From Candidatus Poribacteria bacterium (GTDB lineage Bacteria > Poribacteria > WGA-4E > PCPOR2b): DNA of 64,000 bases. Positions 29,598-40,838 of this stretch are shown one piece after another; within the stretch, counting starts at the first letter, position 1, and each line of letters begins with the position of its first letter. The notes beneath the pieces are model-generated. The model made no database searches, was not told the origin of the DNA, and was given only the letters and a program-made list of their open reading frames with translations. The translations under genes and the position numbers were made by a program. The stretch lies in assembly GCA_965198175.1 (NCBI GenBank), contig OZ240245.1, forward strand, positions 2,528,001-2,592,000. The letters run 5' to 3'.

Positions 29598-30491
29598 TTA
29601 TATCAAATTATTTTTCTTCAGGGGGTTGGCTAAGATTTGAATTATCTCTATGAGGTTAAAATAGGAGTTCCGATCTTCGGGCACGGGATTCACGGGGAGT
29701 GTTTCGTCAACAAAGCGATATATGTCCGCGGCACCCGCTAAGATTTTGGGTGTTAAACCGACATGTGCAAACGTTGCCGAAATTTCCTCCATTTCACCAA
29801 TCCAACGCTGGGATTTCGGCGGCATCATCGGCACGATTCGTTCCATACGTTCAAACAGTGCGGATTGGCTCATTTGAAGTTCTGTCTTGAGCGCTTCTAG
29901 GACACCCATGACCTCCGCAGCGGTTAGGAGTTCCGTGCAAAGTGCTGTTAACCCTTTCGTCAACGATGCATAGCACATCTTGATTGCTGAAGCTAGACCG
30001 ATTTCCTCGCCGAGTGATCGCACATCCAGTCCAAACTGATTTAACGTTTCAAAGGTGTTGACATGAGGACCTGAGGCATAAAAACGCGTCGAGCCTTTGT
30101 TTCTGGGTGGAGGTCCGATAATCGAGGCATCAACAAAGCGCCCTCCTGCGCTGGTGATGATTTCTCCGATTCTACAAACGGTCTCCGGGGAAATCGCATT
30201 GCAATCGGCATAGATGAGGTCTGTGTTAGTTTCAGCAAGTGCGTGTGCCACTTTTTGAGCAGCGTGCTCCGCTTGAGCGGGGGGCAGAATCGACAAAATA
30301 ATGTCAGCGTCGCATACAAGCGCCTGATATGTCGGTACGTCAGCGATATCGGCACGCGCCGCCAAGGCTCGCGTGCGCTTTCTCCTCCCCTGCAAACATG
30401 TAATCACATTCAAATCATATGAACCCAGTACACGCCCGACGATATGCCCCATATCACCAGGGCTGAGAATACCTATGGTATTCAACGACAT
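29598..30491 (-). CDS. NAD(P)-dependent oxidoreductase (beta-hydroxyacid dehydrogenase / DUF1932 type)
   Basis: IGILSPGDMG, DCNAISP, DASIIGPPP, ASAIKMCYA, RWIGEMEEI; ATG 30491 after AAGGAG. Confidence 0.85.
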   Translation of the reverse strand: MSLNTIGILSPGDMGHIVGRVLGSYDLNVITCLQGRRKRTRALAARADIADVPTYQALVCDADIILSILPPAQAEHAAQKVAHALAETNTDLIYADCNAISPETVCRIGEIITSAGGRFVDASIIGPPPRNKGSTRFYASGPHVNTFETLNQFGLDVRSLGEEIGLASAIKMCYASLTKGLTALCTELLTAAEVMGVLEALKTELQMSQSALFERMERIVPMMPPKSQRWIGEMEEISATFAHVGLTPKILAGAADIYRFVDETLPVNPVPEDRNSYFNLIEIIQILANPLKKNNLI

Positions 30492-30773
30492 GATGTCAAT
30501 CTCCTTGTTCAACTCCTGCATCTGGTTCTGACAGGTGTTTTTGTGAAGATGTACCTGCTTTCATCAACGGATACGTTCCAACTTACCGTTCACGCTTTTG
30601 GAACAAAAAGCGCATGCTATCTTCACACTTCTGACGAATGTCCGACTTGGGTATTATTTCGCTAATGCCGTGTTTACCCTTTCCGCCCGATGCGATCATA
30701 TGGTTTCCATCAAGTGCCCTCCGTCAATCGCGCGATGGCTCTTCGGTTGTATTTCTTGCTTTCCCACTGTTGT

Positions 30774-32279
30774 CTACAAATTGTATAACTCCCCGTACTT
30801 TGTTCGTAGATAGCGAATGTACGGCGCGATGCTCAAGGGTCCGCCAGCAACACGCTCAATAAGTTCAGGTGCGGTGTATTTGCGTCCATGTTGGTAAATG
30901 TTTTCCTTAAGCCATTTATACAGAGTGTAAAACTCGGCAGCTTCGATTTCTGTCGTAATCTCTGGGTGTGCGTGCAGTGCTGTTTCGAAGAACTGCGCAC
31001 CCAGGATGTTGCCGAGCGTGTAACCTTGGAAGTTGCCGCCAATAACGTCCATGTACCAATGTACATCTTGCAGCACGCCATCGCGGTCGTTTGGTGGAAC
31101 AATGCCGAGGTCAGCTTCGAATCGCTCGCGCCACGCCTCGGGAAGATCGGACACAATGAGATTTCCCTCAAGTAAATCAAGTTCGAAATCGAAGCGCATC
31201 ATGACGTGCAGGTTATAGGTTACTTCATCGGCATCTGTGCGAATTAGCGATCGCGCAACCTTGTTAATTGCGCGGTAGAAAGTCTCCAACGGCGTCGCGT
31301 TCAGTTGTTTCGGAAAGCTTGCTTGCAGTTTCGGATAGAAATACTTCCAGAAACTCTTGCTGCGCCCAACGATATTCTCCCAAAGACGAGATTGGCTCTC
31401 ATGGACGCTTGCTGAGGTTCCACGCGCAAGCGGCGTCCCCTCAAGTTCCATGCGAATGCCCTGTTCATACAGCGCATGTCCCGCCTCGTGCATCGTGCTA
31501 AAGAGCGCTTCATTCAGGTTATTTTCCCTAACCCGGGTGGTAATGCGGACATCACCTAGCGAAAATTTCGTCATAAACGGGTGGTGGGTTTTGTCTTGCC
31601 GTCCACGATTGGAGTCATATCCAAAGCGCTTGATGACATCAACCCCGAAATCTAACTGTTGTGACTCAATGTATATCTTGCGCAAGCAAGAATCATCCGC
31701 ATCGGACTGACTAGCAATCGCCTCCACTATCGGTACAAGCTCCTCTCGCAACTCCGCAAAAATGGCACGCACCATCGAAGCTCTCATGCCGTTATCTGAA
31801 AAGTCGATCAAGGGGTCAGCGATGTGCTCGTAACCGGGGAAGAATTCGGATAGTTGTCGGCTCAAATCCAGCGTCTTTTCGAGATAAGGTTGTACAGCGG
31901 CGAAGTCGTTCGCTGGCCTAGCCTTTGTCCAAGCCTGATAGGATGCGGACCCGTGGCTAGAGAGTTCAGCGACAAACGATGGCGGTACTTTTACTGCTCT
32001 CTCATAGTCACCCCGAGTGACGCGGATGAGACTAACATCGTCTGAGTCATACGGTAAACTATCCTCATAGGGCTGTAGCTCTTCCAGCAACCGTCCAACA
32101 CCTGGGTTGATGAACTTCTCGTGTGCAAGGCGGCCAAGTGTAGCAATCTGACGTGCACGAGCAACATCGCCACCAGGCGGCATGTAAGTTGATTGGTCCC
32201 AGTGCAGCAACGCAGCAGCAGAATTCAGGTCGTTGATTTCTATAAGGCGGGCTTTGAGTTCTTGTAACTTGACTTCCAA
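30774..32279 (-). CDS. Carboxypeptidase, family M32
   Basis: HPF, DVRITTR, HEAGH (HExxH), HESQS, IRTDADE, GVLQDVHW. Confidence 0.95.
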   Translation of the reverse strand: MEVKLQELKARLIEINDLNSAAALLHWDQSTYMPPGGDVARARQIATLGRLAHEKFINPGVGRLLEELQPYEDSLPYDSDDVSLIRVTRGDYERAVKVPPSFVAELSSHGSASYQAWTKARPANDFAAVQPYLEKTLDLSRQLSEFFPGYEHIADPLIDFSDNGMRASMVRAIFAELREELVPIVEAIASQSDADDSCLRKIYIESQQLDFGVDVIKRFGYDSNRGRQDKTHHPFMTKFSLGDVRITTRVRENNLNEALFSTMHEAGHALYEQGIRMELEGTPLARGTSASVHESQSRLWENIVGRSKSFWKYFYPKLQASFPKQLNATPLETFYRAINKVARSLIRTDADEVTYNLHVMMRFDFELDLLEGNLIVSDLPEAWRERFEADLGIVPPNDRDGVLQDVHWYMDVIGGNFQGYTLGNILGAQFFETALHAHPEITTEIEAAEFYTLYKWLKENIYQHGRKYTAPELIERVAGGPLSIAPYIRYLRTKYGELYNL

Positions 32280-32394
32280 AAGTTTTCTTCCTCGCTAGGA
32301 TTGCGAGATTGGGGTTCGCTAGGGAATTAGCTATTTCTCGATTGTGTTTGGTTTCAAGGCCACCTAGATAAGCTCACCACCATTCCATAGATGT

Positions 32395-33210
32395 TCAACG
32401 AATTCGCTCTGGACAACTATAAACAGTCATGTTTTCACCTCGCATAAACCCGATCAACATCATTCCGCTCCCCTTCGCTAGTTCAACAGCTAAGCTTGAC
32501 GCCGCTGAAACCGCGACGATTGCTGGTATACGGGCGAACAACGCCTTCTGAACAATCTCGAAACTCGCTCGACCGCTCACCATCAGGATGTGTCTATCTA
32601 AAGGGATTTGTTCACTTAACAACGCCTGTCCAATCACCTTGTCTACTGCATTATGTCGCCCGATATCCTCACGTGCAATCTGAAGTTCCCCCTGTGCATT
32701 AAACAGACCTGCGGCGTGGAGTCCTCCTGTTAGTGCAAAAACAGTTTGTGCGGATTTTAGTCTATCATTGAGGTTGTACAAAACCGCCTGATCAATCCGC
32801 AATGACGATTCAATCGGTGGAATTTCTTGCCAAACCGATTCTATAGTCATTTTGCCACACAATCCGCAACTCGCGTTTGCATGAAAATTGCGTTGCCAGC
32901 TCTTTTGTTCCTCAAGTATATTCCCATGTGCAAGATGTATGTTAATGATATTCTCGAAATTCTCCCCAGCCACATCTTCACAGTAAGCCATTGCCCCAAT
33001 ATCATCGGCAGATTGGATCAGCCCCTCTGTGTAGAGGAATCCGGCGCCGAGTTCAAAGTCATGCCCCGGCGTCCGCATCGCAACAATCAAGCTTTGGCTC
33101 CCAACCCGAATTTCGAGGGGTTCCTCTACCACCAAATGATCGTCAACGGGCGTTGATTGAAATTTACACCAACGTGTGACCGGTTCTGTTGTTGTTGGTT
33201 TTTGGGCCAT
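32395..33210 (-). CDS. fdhD: Formate dehydrogenase accessory sulfurtransferase
   Basis: EEPLEI, MRTPGHD, SCGLCG, TGGLHAA, REDIGRHNAVDK, SGRASFE. Confidence 0.93.
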   Translation of the reverse strand: MAQKPTTTEPVTRWCKFQSTPVDDHLVVEEPLEIRVGSQSLIVAMRTPGHDFELGAGFLYTEGLIQSADDIGAMAYCEDVAGENFENIINIHLAHGNILEEQKSWQRNFHANASCGLCGKMTIESVWQEIPPIESSLRIDQAVLYNLNDRLKSAQTVFALTGGLHAAGLFNAQGELQIAREDIGRHNAVDKVIGQALLSEQIPLDRHILMVSGRASFEIVQKALFARIPAIVAVSAASSLAVELAKGSGMMLIGFMRGENMTVYSCPERIR

Positions 33211-33446
33211 GGATAAAACAGATGTCGAACAGGACAGATTCAAAATGGAGAAAATTGGATGATTGGTTTTCGGTATCTATTTACATATATCTATCTTCAT
33301 TGAGGGGCAGATTTGTGGTCGCAAGTTGAAAACACGGGAGGAGAACCAAACTATGAGACACACTTCACACTTTACTCGTAGCTTAGATATTTTAGCATAA
33401 CATCAGATGCTCCGTCAACTATCTATTTGCACGTCTTGAAATGGGC

Positions 33447-33475
33447 TTGACAGATACTTCCTCGCTTAATATAAT
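33447..33475 (+). promoter_or_regulatory. Consensus sigma70 promoter for lpdA
   Basis: TTGACA-17 nt-TATAAT, perfect; it implies the start is at 33522, not 33441. Confidence 0.75.
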
Positions 33476-33521
33476 TACCGATGTACGTTCTGTTATTTTT
33501 CTCGGCAAATGGGAGGGGACG

Positions 33522-34907
33522 ATGTCTGCGTATGATGTTGCTATCATCGGTGGCGGTCCTGGGGGCTATGTCGCAGCAATTAAAGCAGCCCAGTTGGGAG
33601 GCAAAGTTTGTCTGATTGAGAAGGGGGAGTTTGGAGGCACTTGCTTAAATCGAGGATGTATTCCAACCAAGACGTTATTTGCGGTTGCGAACTTCGCAAC
33701 ACAGGTTCGAGGCGCTGCGGGATTTGGTCTTAAGATTCACGGCGCGGAGGTCGATTATCCGCAGGTGGTAGCACACAAAAACGCTACAGTCAAGCAGTTG
33801 GCGGGAGGCATCGCAAAATTACTAAAAGGCAACGAAGTTCATACAATCAATGGAATAGGGATGCTTACCGGCAGGAATACAATCGAAGTAACAAGGTCGA
33901 ACGGAACACAGGTGGGGATCTCGGCACAGCGGATTATCATTGCCACAGGTTCCGAACCAGCAAACATCCCAGTGTTTGATATTGACGAGCGACAAGTGTT
34001 AACAACTACGGGAGGACTTGAATTAGCCGAGCTTCCCTCCAGTATGATAATTGTTGGCGGTGGTGTTTCCGGCTGTGAGTTCGCTTCAATTTTCAATGGG
34101 CTAGGCTGTCAAGTGACTATCCTTGAGCTATTGCCAACAATTCTTGCAACCGAAGATAGACAGGTTGTACGACAGCTTCGCGTTTTCATGAAGCGGAAAG
34201 GTATCGAAATTCAGACAGAAGCTAATGTGACGGGAGTGGAAAAGTGTGAATCTGGAGTAACAGCAACGCTAGAGTCGGGCGAGCATATCAATGCGGGAAA
34301 AATGTTGATTTCAATTGGCAGAAAACTGAACTCGGAAGGAATCGGATTAAAAACGGTGGGAATTCGTTCGAGTGCGGAGGGCAAAATTATTGTTAACGAT
34401 CAGATGGAAACCAATGTGCCGGGCATCTACGCAGTCGGCGATGTTGCAAGCCGCTATCTTTTAGCGCACGTCGCATCGGCGGAAGGAATCGTTGCAGCAC
34501 AGAATTGCATGGGTGGGAGTGCCAGGATGGATTACAGCACTGTACCGTGGTGCGTTTTCACCATCCCTGAACTTGCCAGAGTCGGTATGACGGAGGAGGA
34601 AGCAATGAATGAAGGTTACAGCATTAAAGTCGGAAAATTTCCTTTTGCGGCAAGCGGCAAAGCACTAGGTATGCGCGAAACGGAAGGATTCGTCAAAATC
34701 ATCGCAGATTCGGAATCCGGGGATATTCTCGGGGTACATATACTTGGGGCACATGCTTCGGACCTCATCCATGAAGCGGTTGTTGCAATCCGTCTAGGCG
34801 CATCTGTCGCTGATCTCGCTCACACAATTCACGCCCATCCGACCCTCGCCGAAGCTGTTATGGAATCAGCTGAAGCTGCCTACAATCGCGCAATTCACAT
34901 ATTGTAG
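33522..34907 (+). CDS. lpdA: Dihydrolipoyl dehydrogenase
   Basis: GGGPGGY, GGTCLNRGCIP, GGGVSGCE, HAHPTLAE; GGAGG RBS. Confidence 0.93.
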   Translation: MSAYDVAIIGGGPGGYVAAIKAAQLGGKVCLIEKGEFGGTCLNRGCIPTKTLFAVANFATQVRGAAGFGLKIHGAEVDYPQVVAHKNATVKQLAGGIAKLLKGNEVHTINGIGMLTGRNTIEVTRSNGTQVGISAQRIIIATGSEPANIPVFDIDERQVLTTTGGLELAELPSSMIIVGGGVSGCEFASIFNGLGCQVTILELLPTILATEDRQVVRQLRVFMKRKGIEIQTEANVTGVEKCESGVTATLESGEHINAGKMLISIGRKLNSEGIGLKTVGIRSSAEGKIIVNDQMETNVPGIYAVGDVASRYLLAHVASAEGIVAAQNCMGGSARMDYSTVPWCVFTIPELARVGMTEEEAMNEGYSIKVGKFPFAASGKALGMRETEGFVKIIADSESGDILGVHILGAHASDLIHEAVVAIRLGASVADLAHTIHAHPTLAEAVMESAEAAYNRAIHIL

Positions 34908-35015
34908 ATGACGAAATTCAAGCGACAAAAGATCGAGTCTGCTATGGTCGCTTCACAATTTCGACATTCTACCAAAATGAGGTCACAAACAGAGTCATCT
35001 TTCGAATCAATTGCG

Positions 35016-35423
35016 ATGGAAATTGTCAGAGCAGAACTTACAGATGCCAAAGTAATTGCTGAACTGAACAGATGCCTTATTAAGGACGAACAACACCCAA
35101 ATTCGATGGACATAAATCAGCTTACTGAACGCATGAAAAAATGGTTAGGGAACGAATACGTTTGCTATTTAGCAAAAGAGAATGGAAGCATTATCGCGTA
35201 CTGCCTATATAGACATGAAGGCAAATACTTCTATATGAGGCAATTATACGTAGCAAGAAAACATCGATGAAAAGGAATCGCTACTAGGTTGCTCAATTGG
35301 TTGTACGAGAACGCGTGGACGGATAAAAAAGTCAGATTGGACGTATTAGCCCATAACGAGGACGCTGTTGCATTCTACAAGAGGTATGGCTTTAGAGTCG
35401 GCGTTTTAAGAATGGAAAAATAA
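35016..35423 (+). pseudogene. GNAT acetyltransferase with an in-frame TGA at 35268-35270
   Basis: LYVARKHR*KGIATRLL...NEDAVAFYKRYGF; the stop sits in the acetyl-CoA-binding RxxGxA motif and the frame continues to TAA 35423. Confidence 0.75.
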
Positions 35424-35566
35424 AGAGTGTATGACCAGTACTTGTGCCATTGCTGAGCGACTATATTTGTAAGCCGTGTCGAAAAAAGGGGTTATTTCAG
35501 TTCCAAACAGAAATTAGGACCGTCCTCAGGAATTAATCATCTAAGTGCGGAAAGGACCCATAACAA

Positions 35567-36256
35567 TTGAAAAAAAGGGCTGTAGTTCTTTTGAGTGGTG
35601 GGGTTGATTCAACAACAACCCTTGCCATTGCTCAATCCCAAGGTTACGAAGCGTATGCTATGAGTTTTCGCTACGGTCAACGACATGTCCTTGAACTTGA
35701 TCGAGCGCGGCAAATCGCGGTAAAGATGAAAGTAAAAAAACACATCATTGTAAATATCGATCTACGGGCATTTGGCGGTTCCGCCTTAACAGATGATATT
35801 GATGTGCCCAAAAATCGATCCGGAGGGGAAATTGGGACAGGCATCCCAATTACCTACGTTCCCGGCAGGAATACGATATTTCTGTCTTTTGCAATGGCAT
35901 GGGCAGAGACATTAGAAATTGATACAATTTTCATTGGCGTCAATGCCCTTGACTACTCTGGATACCCGGATTGCCGGTCGGAATACATTGAGGCTTATCA
36001 GCGAATGGCAAACATGGCAACAAAGGCTGGGGTTGAAGGCAAAACACAGCTAAAGATTCGCACCCCCTTAATCTCAATGACCAAAGCGGAAATCATACAA
36101 AAGGGAGCTGAACTTGGCGTTGATTACGGATTAACCCTTAGTTGCTACGAACCAGATGATTTAGGCAGGGCATGTGGTTTGTGTGACAGTTGCTTATTAA
36201 GGAAGAAGGGATTTGCTGAAGCAGGGGTGGCTGATGCAACGGTATATTTGCCGTAA
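35567..36256 (+). CDS. queC: 7-cyano-7-deazaguanine synthase
   Basis: [29 protein letters not shown]...CGLCDSC. Confidence 0.95.
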   Translation: MKKRAVVLLSGGVDSTTTLAIAQSQGYEAYAMSFRYGQRHVLELDRARQIAVKMKVKKHIIVNIDLRAFGGSALTDDIDVPKNRSGGEIGTGIPITYVPGRNTIFLSFAMAWAETLEIDTIFIGVNALDYSGYPDCRSEYIEAYQRMANMATKAGVEGKTQLKIRTPLISMTKAEIIQKGAELGVDYGLTLSCYEPDDLGRACGLCDSCLLRKKGFAEAGVADATVYLP

Positions 36257-36399
36257 TCCAATTAGGGATAGATTGCGGTTATTCTTCTTCAACGAATACT
36301 ATTTGTACAGTAGGGCGTCACAACAGAACCAATAATATCTCCTGTCACTTCCATCGCCCTATCCTCTGTTACCGGCGTACCTGTTTCAAATAGTGCGCA

Positions 36400-37887
36400 T
36401 TACCGGATATTACTTTTGGCGATGTATGCTCTCAAACGTGCCATTGCTCGACCACTCTCGATTGCTTCCTTGGTTTGCTCAATCGCTTCATGAGGGTCTG
36501 GGCAAAGCCCTAACAAATAATTCTGTATCGCGGTATTGAGCAAAATTCGATCGTACACATGTCCTTTCTGACCGGATAAAGCCGCTACCCCTGCTTCTGC
36601 AAACGCGTCAGGGCTCACTGATTCCAATCTCGGGTTTTTTTTGTAATAGAATCCAAATGCTTCCGGATTTATGTCTAGTGCAAAGCCTTCCCTGTACCCA
36701 GCCATACGTTGAAAGCCTTGGGTATAATTAATCGCCTTACGGTCTGCTACAGAAGGTTTCCCAAGACGCAGCGCGTAATGGCTTGTTCCTTCCTCTCCCT
36801 TTGCCACCAGTCCTGACCGAAACCCGCGTTCCCACATCAGCTGAAGCAGAGGTTCCTCGTAACCAGGATGGTAATAGCCAATGACCATGTGGTTTGAGCT
36901 AGCAGAAAATAACTGTTGGGCTTTTTCGGTCGCTGCCCAGGGCGGTCGTTTTTTGATATGCATCCGCAATTCACGAATCGCGTAAGCTCCGGGCGAATAT
37001 TCCCTCTGACTCACATAAGCAAACCCGACTTCTGGATCTTCAATTAAAGTTGCAGCTGCCTCAAGCGGGAGATTTGTACGTGCCCCGAGCATCTTCAGAA
37101 TTTGCTCTTCTGTTATCCCGATTTTCGGGGGCATTTCATCAACGCCATGGAGAACCGATGCCTCTCCCAGTGCGGCTCGCACAGCTGCAATAAACACGGT
37201 TGGTCTAAAATACCGCGTCGAACCATCATACGGCTCACCAAAATGTGTCAACGAATTGACAGAGACATTAAGGATTTGCTCAGGAGCGAAGACCGAATCC
37301 AAATAGCCGCGCACCTCGTCAAAGGTCTCACGGTTCATGCGCTGACCGATAAGGGCTGCACCTTTTAAAGCTGCCTTCACTTGCCCGTTCAAAATCGCTT
37401 CTCCCATCGACCGCGTTTCATCTGAGGTCAAATGTTCCCCCCTCAAGATTTTTTCAAGGGCTTTGACAACGATTTCCTCTTGAGGATTAGCAACTTCATA
37501 TCCGAGATCGGGATCCATGATAAACTTTATGTCGGACGGCATACACGAGTCGAGTTCTGTCCGGAATTTTTCAAACGTTGTGACCTCTGCTGCACTCCAC
37601 TGGGTCTCCTTTGGAAAGTGGTTCCGGATTGTCATCGCGGCAAAAAAGGCGCCCATTTGGGCTTCTGAAACCATCCAATCCGGAGAAAGCTCTCCTTTTA
37701 CCGATTTCAAAATTGTACCAAGAATCGATCCCGGCTGAATTGAATCCGATACACTTATCCCCAAAGGCCTCGTCTGGTGGGGGCCGGTGCAAACACGCGC
37801 CTGCGCCTCTAAAACATCCTTGTTAGGTCCTGGGTACTGTCTCTCATACACGTTTTTCTCTCCACTCGTCTCGGATAGAGCATTCAC
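36400..37887 (-). CDS. Anthranilate phosphoribosyltransferase-like (glycosyl transferase family 3, YbiB-like) protein
   Basis: EPYDGSTR, LHG..MPPK.G, IKKRPPWATTE-like motif, KGEEG; duplicated N-terminal helical bundle. Confidence 0.7.
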   Translation of the reverse strand: MNALSETSGEKNVYERQYPGPNKDVLEAQARVCTGPHQTRPLGISVSDSIQPGSILGTILKSVKGELSPDWMVSEAQMGAFFAAMTIRNHFPKETQWSAAEVTTFEKFRTELDSCMPSDIKFIMDPDLGYEVANPQEEIVVKALEKILRGEHLTSDETRSMGEAILNGQVKAALKGAALIGQRMNRETFDEVRGYLDSVFAPEQILNVSVNSLTHFGEPYDGSTRYFRPTVFIAAVRAALGEASVLHGVDEMPPKIGITEEQILKMLGARTNLPLEAAATLIEDPEVGFAYVSQREYSPGAYAIRELRMHIKKRPPWAATEKAQQLFSASSNHMVIGYYHPGYEEPLLQLMWERGFRSGLVAKGEEGTSHYALRLGKPSVADRKAINYTQGFQRMAGYREGFALDINPEAFGFYYKKNPRLESVSPDAFAEAGVAALSGQKGHVYDRILLNTAIQNYLLGLCPDPHEAIEQTKEAIESGRAMARLRAYIAKSNIR

Positions 37888-38048
37888 TACACATTATACC
37901 GATTATTCCCAGTAATTCACAAAATTTATTTGCAAAGTTGTTGACCTAATTGCTATGCTTTCAAGCATCACGATGCATCAATTTGATAATCTCAATTTGT
38001 AAAATCCATTGTGGATTTTAAGCGATGACAATGAGTCTGAGCGCCCGG

Positions 38049-38085
38049 AAAACAAAAACCCTACACTATCGATTTGGCGTAGGGC
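38049..38085 (-). terminator. Intrinsic terminator
   Basis: Minus strand GCCCTACGC...GTGTAGGGT-TTTTGTTTT after the 38118 gene. Confidence 0.55.
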
Positions 38086-38117
38086 TATTTATCACAAGTA
38101 ACGGATTCGACTGCAAT

Positions 38118-39113
38118 TTAAAACAAGAGATCGTCACCAGTCTCTGGGGTTTCTGGGGCAATAATGGCTTCTTTTTTTCCACCAATTGTCAGATAGAATT
38201 GGAATCCCGGTTCACTCACAAAACCGACATAAATAGCAGCCGTGTTAGAGAGTTGATAGCGAAACCCGAGGCTGAGCAGGTTGGTGATTGTGACGCCGCT
38301 GAGTGGTAACGCCCGCGAAAAGTCGCCAACCAACCAAAGATTTTCGGAAAATGCCAACTCGCCGCCAAATTGCCAAATCAACGTAAACGAATCCGTCGTC
38401 TTCAGAGATTTAGAGGAAAGATATGTTCCCAAGGCGCCATGTGCGCTGAGATACTCATTGAACTTCTGTGTGCCAACCAAATAGGTGTTGATTCCAACAA
38501 ACGGAAAACTATCACCGGGGGTACGATCGATAAACTCATTGTCAGAGTTAAGCCTATTGTCCGCGGTATATCCAATCTGCACGTCTCCGCCCACCGATAG
38601 GCTTGGCAGCCCATCATAGACGTCGGGCTTGATGTTATACTTGAGTCCAATGACCGTGTCGAACAGCGCTTGATTGTAGACTCGTCTGTCTGTTGTTGGG
38701 TCAAGCGGCAATTCCTCTTTATCCGTATCGTCGATTCGATAAAAATCAGGAATAATCTTGCGGACTCCACCGGTGGAGAAGGTACCGCCTAAGGTCAGAT
38801 CCACTTTATCACTGAGACCAAAGGTAAATCGTATCGGCACCAAAAAGGTCTCAATCTCCAATTCAACAAGATGAAACTCTTCAAAGTTTCCAATAATCAC
38901 GCGTTGTCTATTTTCCGGGATTCGCCTTTCTTTTTCGAATTGAAACAGCCCAATGTTTGTCGTGTAACCTCCCTTACCGAGAGTCTCAGCGGTTTGCATC
39001 ACACCAAGCTGGGGTACTGGTGAGGCTTGTCCAAAAGTAGAGGTTATCATTCCGACGACAACAGCGGAAAGAATCAAAAGAAGCCGTCCTCGCATTAATT
39101 GAAAAATCTGCAT
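38118..39113 (-). CDS. Hypothetical exported, probable outer-membrane beta-barrel protein
   Basis: Signal peptide, QTAETLGKG, amphipathic strands (GLKYNI, LGFRYQL). Confidence 0.65.
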   Translation of the reverse strand: MQIFQLMRGRLLLILSAVVVGMITSTFGQASPVPQLGVMQTAETLGKGGYTTNIGLFQFEKERRIPENRQRVIIGNFEEFHLVELEIETFLVPIRFTFGLSDKVDLTLGGTFSTGGVRKIIPDFYRIDDTDKEELPLDPTTDRRVYNQALFDTVIGLKYNIKPDVYDGLPSLSVGGDVQIGYTADNRLNSDNEFIDRTPGDSFPFVGINTYLVGTQKFNEYLSAHGALGTYLSSKSLKTTDSFTLIWQFGGELAFSENLWLVGDFSRALPLSGVTITNLLSLGFRYQLSNTAAIYVGFVSEPGFQFYLTIGGKKEAIIAPETPETGDDLLF

Positions 39114-39225
39114 GAATCTCCTTCATACGCATGTATGTTTTTTAATGGCTCCAACGCTGTGAGCGGGTGCAATTCATCATCGCATTGGTTCAATTGAGGC
39201 AGGCGCGTTGAAGAATCGGCTGCCA

Positions 39226-40380
39226 TCAACGTAAAGGCACTTCAACCCGCACGCTTTCATCCAGACTGCCATCGGGCCTCGGCGTATCATCAAATGCTGT
39301 AATAAAATATCGACGGGGAAGAAGCTGCTGATCAGCAAGTAGCAACGGCTCACCAGCATATGTCACACTCGTCTCCTTGGGTCTAGCTGTCCCTCGGCGA
39401 ACCAGATCGTCCCCTTCAACGAGCTGCCCGCCAACTTTTGTTGTAGCGTAGATTTGATACCCGGCGAGGTCGCGTTCGGAGTTTGGTGTCCAAGAAATTC
39501 TAACATCGATTCTAGGGGCACCAAATCGTGGTATAGATGTCGCTCGGACGTTCTGCGGTGGAGCCGGTGGCAACTGGGGCGAAGTCCCATTGATTCTCGT
39601 CTCTGCTTCAACGCCGAATCGATCCACAGCAATGACGCGGTAGACTTTGGTAACCCCGTCGTGGTCGAAGCTTGCATCGAAGAAGAAAATGGGCTCATTT
39701 CCAAAGCGCTGGCTATCTGTGAGTTCGTTAAACGTGATTTCTCCAAGCAGCTTGAATCGTGGGAGGTCACCACTCAAGGAGGCCGTGGTCGCAAGTACAC
39801 GGAAGGTTTCAAAATCTTCGGGGAATTGATAATCTTGCCAAAACAGTTTTACAGTCAAATCCTCCAGTTGATCGCCAATAAGGACATTTGGAGCAGGAGG
39901 CGAGATACTTGGTGTGACACGCGCTGTTGGCCAAATCCGCAGTGGGGATTTGTTATCATCCGGCGGGGCATTTGGGTCGGGAGTTTCCACCCCATTTTTG
40001 TCGACATACGAGATTCGATAGACGTAGTAAAGCTGTCTACCTCGATCGAAATCAAACGCATCGTTAGAGAGACCTCCATCAACAAATTCCGTTTTCGGTG
40101 CATCGACTTCCCCAACAAGTTCAAACGCGGCGCCCGAATTGCCGGTAAACCGCCGATAAATCCGATACTTGATAATCCCTCCAAAGTCGTAATCCTGCCA
40201 CGAGACCGTCACCTGTTCATCGCCAGCGGCAAGCTCTAAACCAGGAGGTGAACCCGCTGTGCGCAGGTTCTCTGGATCAAACGGGTTGGCAAAATCTCTA
40301 TCGTTCGTACAGCCACCCCACAACAGTGCAAGACTAAGCACGGCAACTAATATCAAGGACCGGCTCTGGAGAGGTGTCAT
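39226..40380 (-). CDS. Lipoprotein with fibronectin type III-like repeats
   Basis: Lipobox WGGC, NPFDPEN, VTVSW..YRIYR, YVYRI, SWTPNSERDLAGYQIY. Confidence 0.75.
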   Translation of the reverse strand: MTPLQSRSLILVAVLSLALLWGGCTNDRDFANPFDPENLRTAGSPPGLELAAGDEQVTVSWQDYDFGGIIKYRIYRRFTGNSGAAFELVGEVDAPKTEFVDGGLSNDAFDFDRGRQLYYVYRISYVDKNGVETPDPNAPPDDNKSPLRIWPTARVTPSISPPAPNVLIGDQLEDLTVKLFWQDYQFPEDFETFRVLATTASLSGDLPRFKLLGEITFNELTDSQRFGNEPIFFFDASFDHDGVTKVYRVIAVDRFGVEAETRINGTSPQLPPAPPQNVRATSIPRFGAPRIDVRISWTPNSERDLAGYQIYATTKVGGQLVEGDDLVRRGTARPKETSVTYAGEPLLLADQQLLPRRYFITAFDDTPRPDGSLDESVRVEVPLR

Positions 40381-40394
40381 GGTGTGATTTCCCT

Positions 40395-40838
40395 TCAAAA
40401 TCGGCGTTGAAGTAAAAGCTTAGCTTCCTGCGTGTGCAAGCTGTAGCTCGGTGTAAGTCGGAGGGAAGTCGACGATGTGCGAGATGACTTAGAAATCAAA
40501 TTCAAGTTATCGAAGATTGAAATCAATGCCGCTAATCCAACAAATCCAATTCCTATCCGAGACATTGTCACACTAAAATCATGCTTGCTTGTATAGTCTA
40601 CTCGATGTTTAGCGATGTCGCCCTGACTTGCTGAATTTAGGTATTGGTCGTAGGAATCTTGAGCGGATTTTTCGACAAATACGCTTCCAAATTTCAATCC
40701 CATACCAGAAGCCAACAGGGTAATTGTAAGCACGCGCGTACCATCCACAGCTTGTAAGGGTGAAGTTGCAATTGCAAAATTCAATATGCAGCAAGCAATA
40801 ACTAAGATTGCTAACTTCTTATTATCATATAGATTCAT
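40395..40838 (-). CDS. Hypothetical membrane/exported protein
   Basis: Signal-like and TM segments; coupled to neighbouring genes. Confidence 0.6.
   Translation of the reverse strand: MNLYDNKKLAILVIACCILNFAIATSPLQAVDGTRVLTITLLASGMGLKFGSVFVEKSAQDSYDQYLNSASQGDIAKHRVDYTSKHDFSVTMSRIGIGFVGLAALISIFDNLNLISKSSRTSSTSLRLTPSYSLHTQEAKLLLQRRF

Noticed and set aside
7472..35270. Genome-wide TGA reassignment (code 4 or 25)
   Set aside because: Many conserved genes end at TGA at expected lengths and Trp is encoded by TGG; only two internal TGAs were found.
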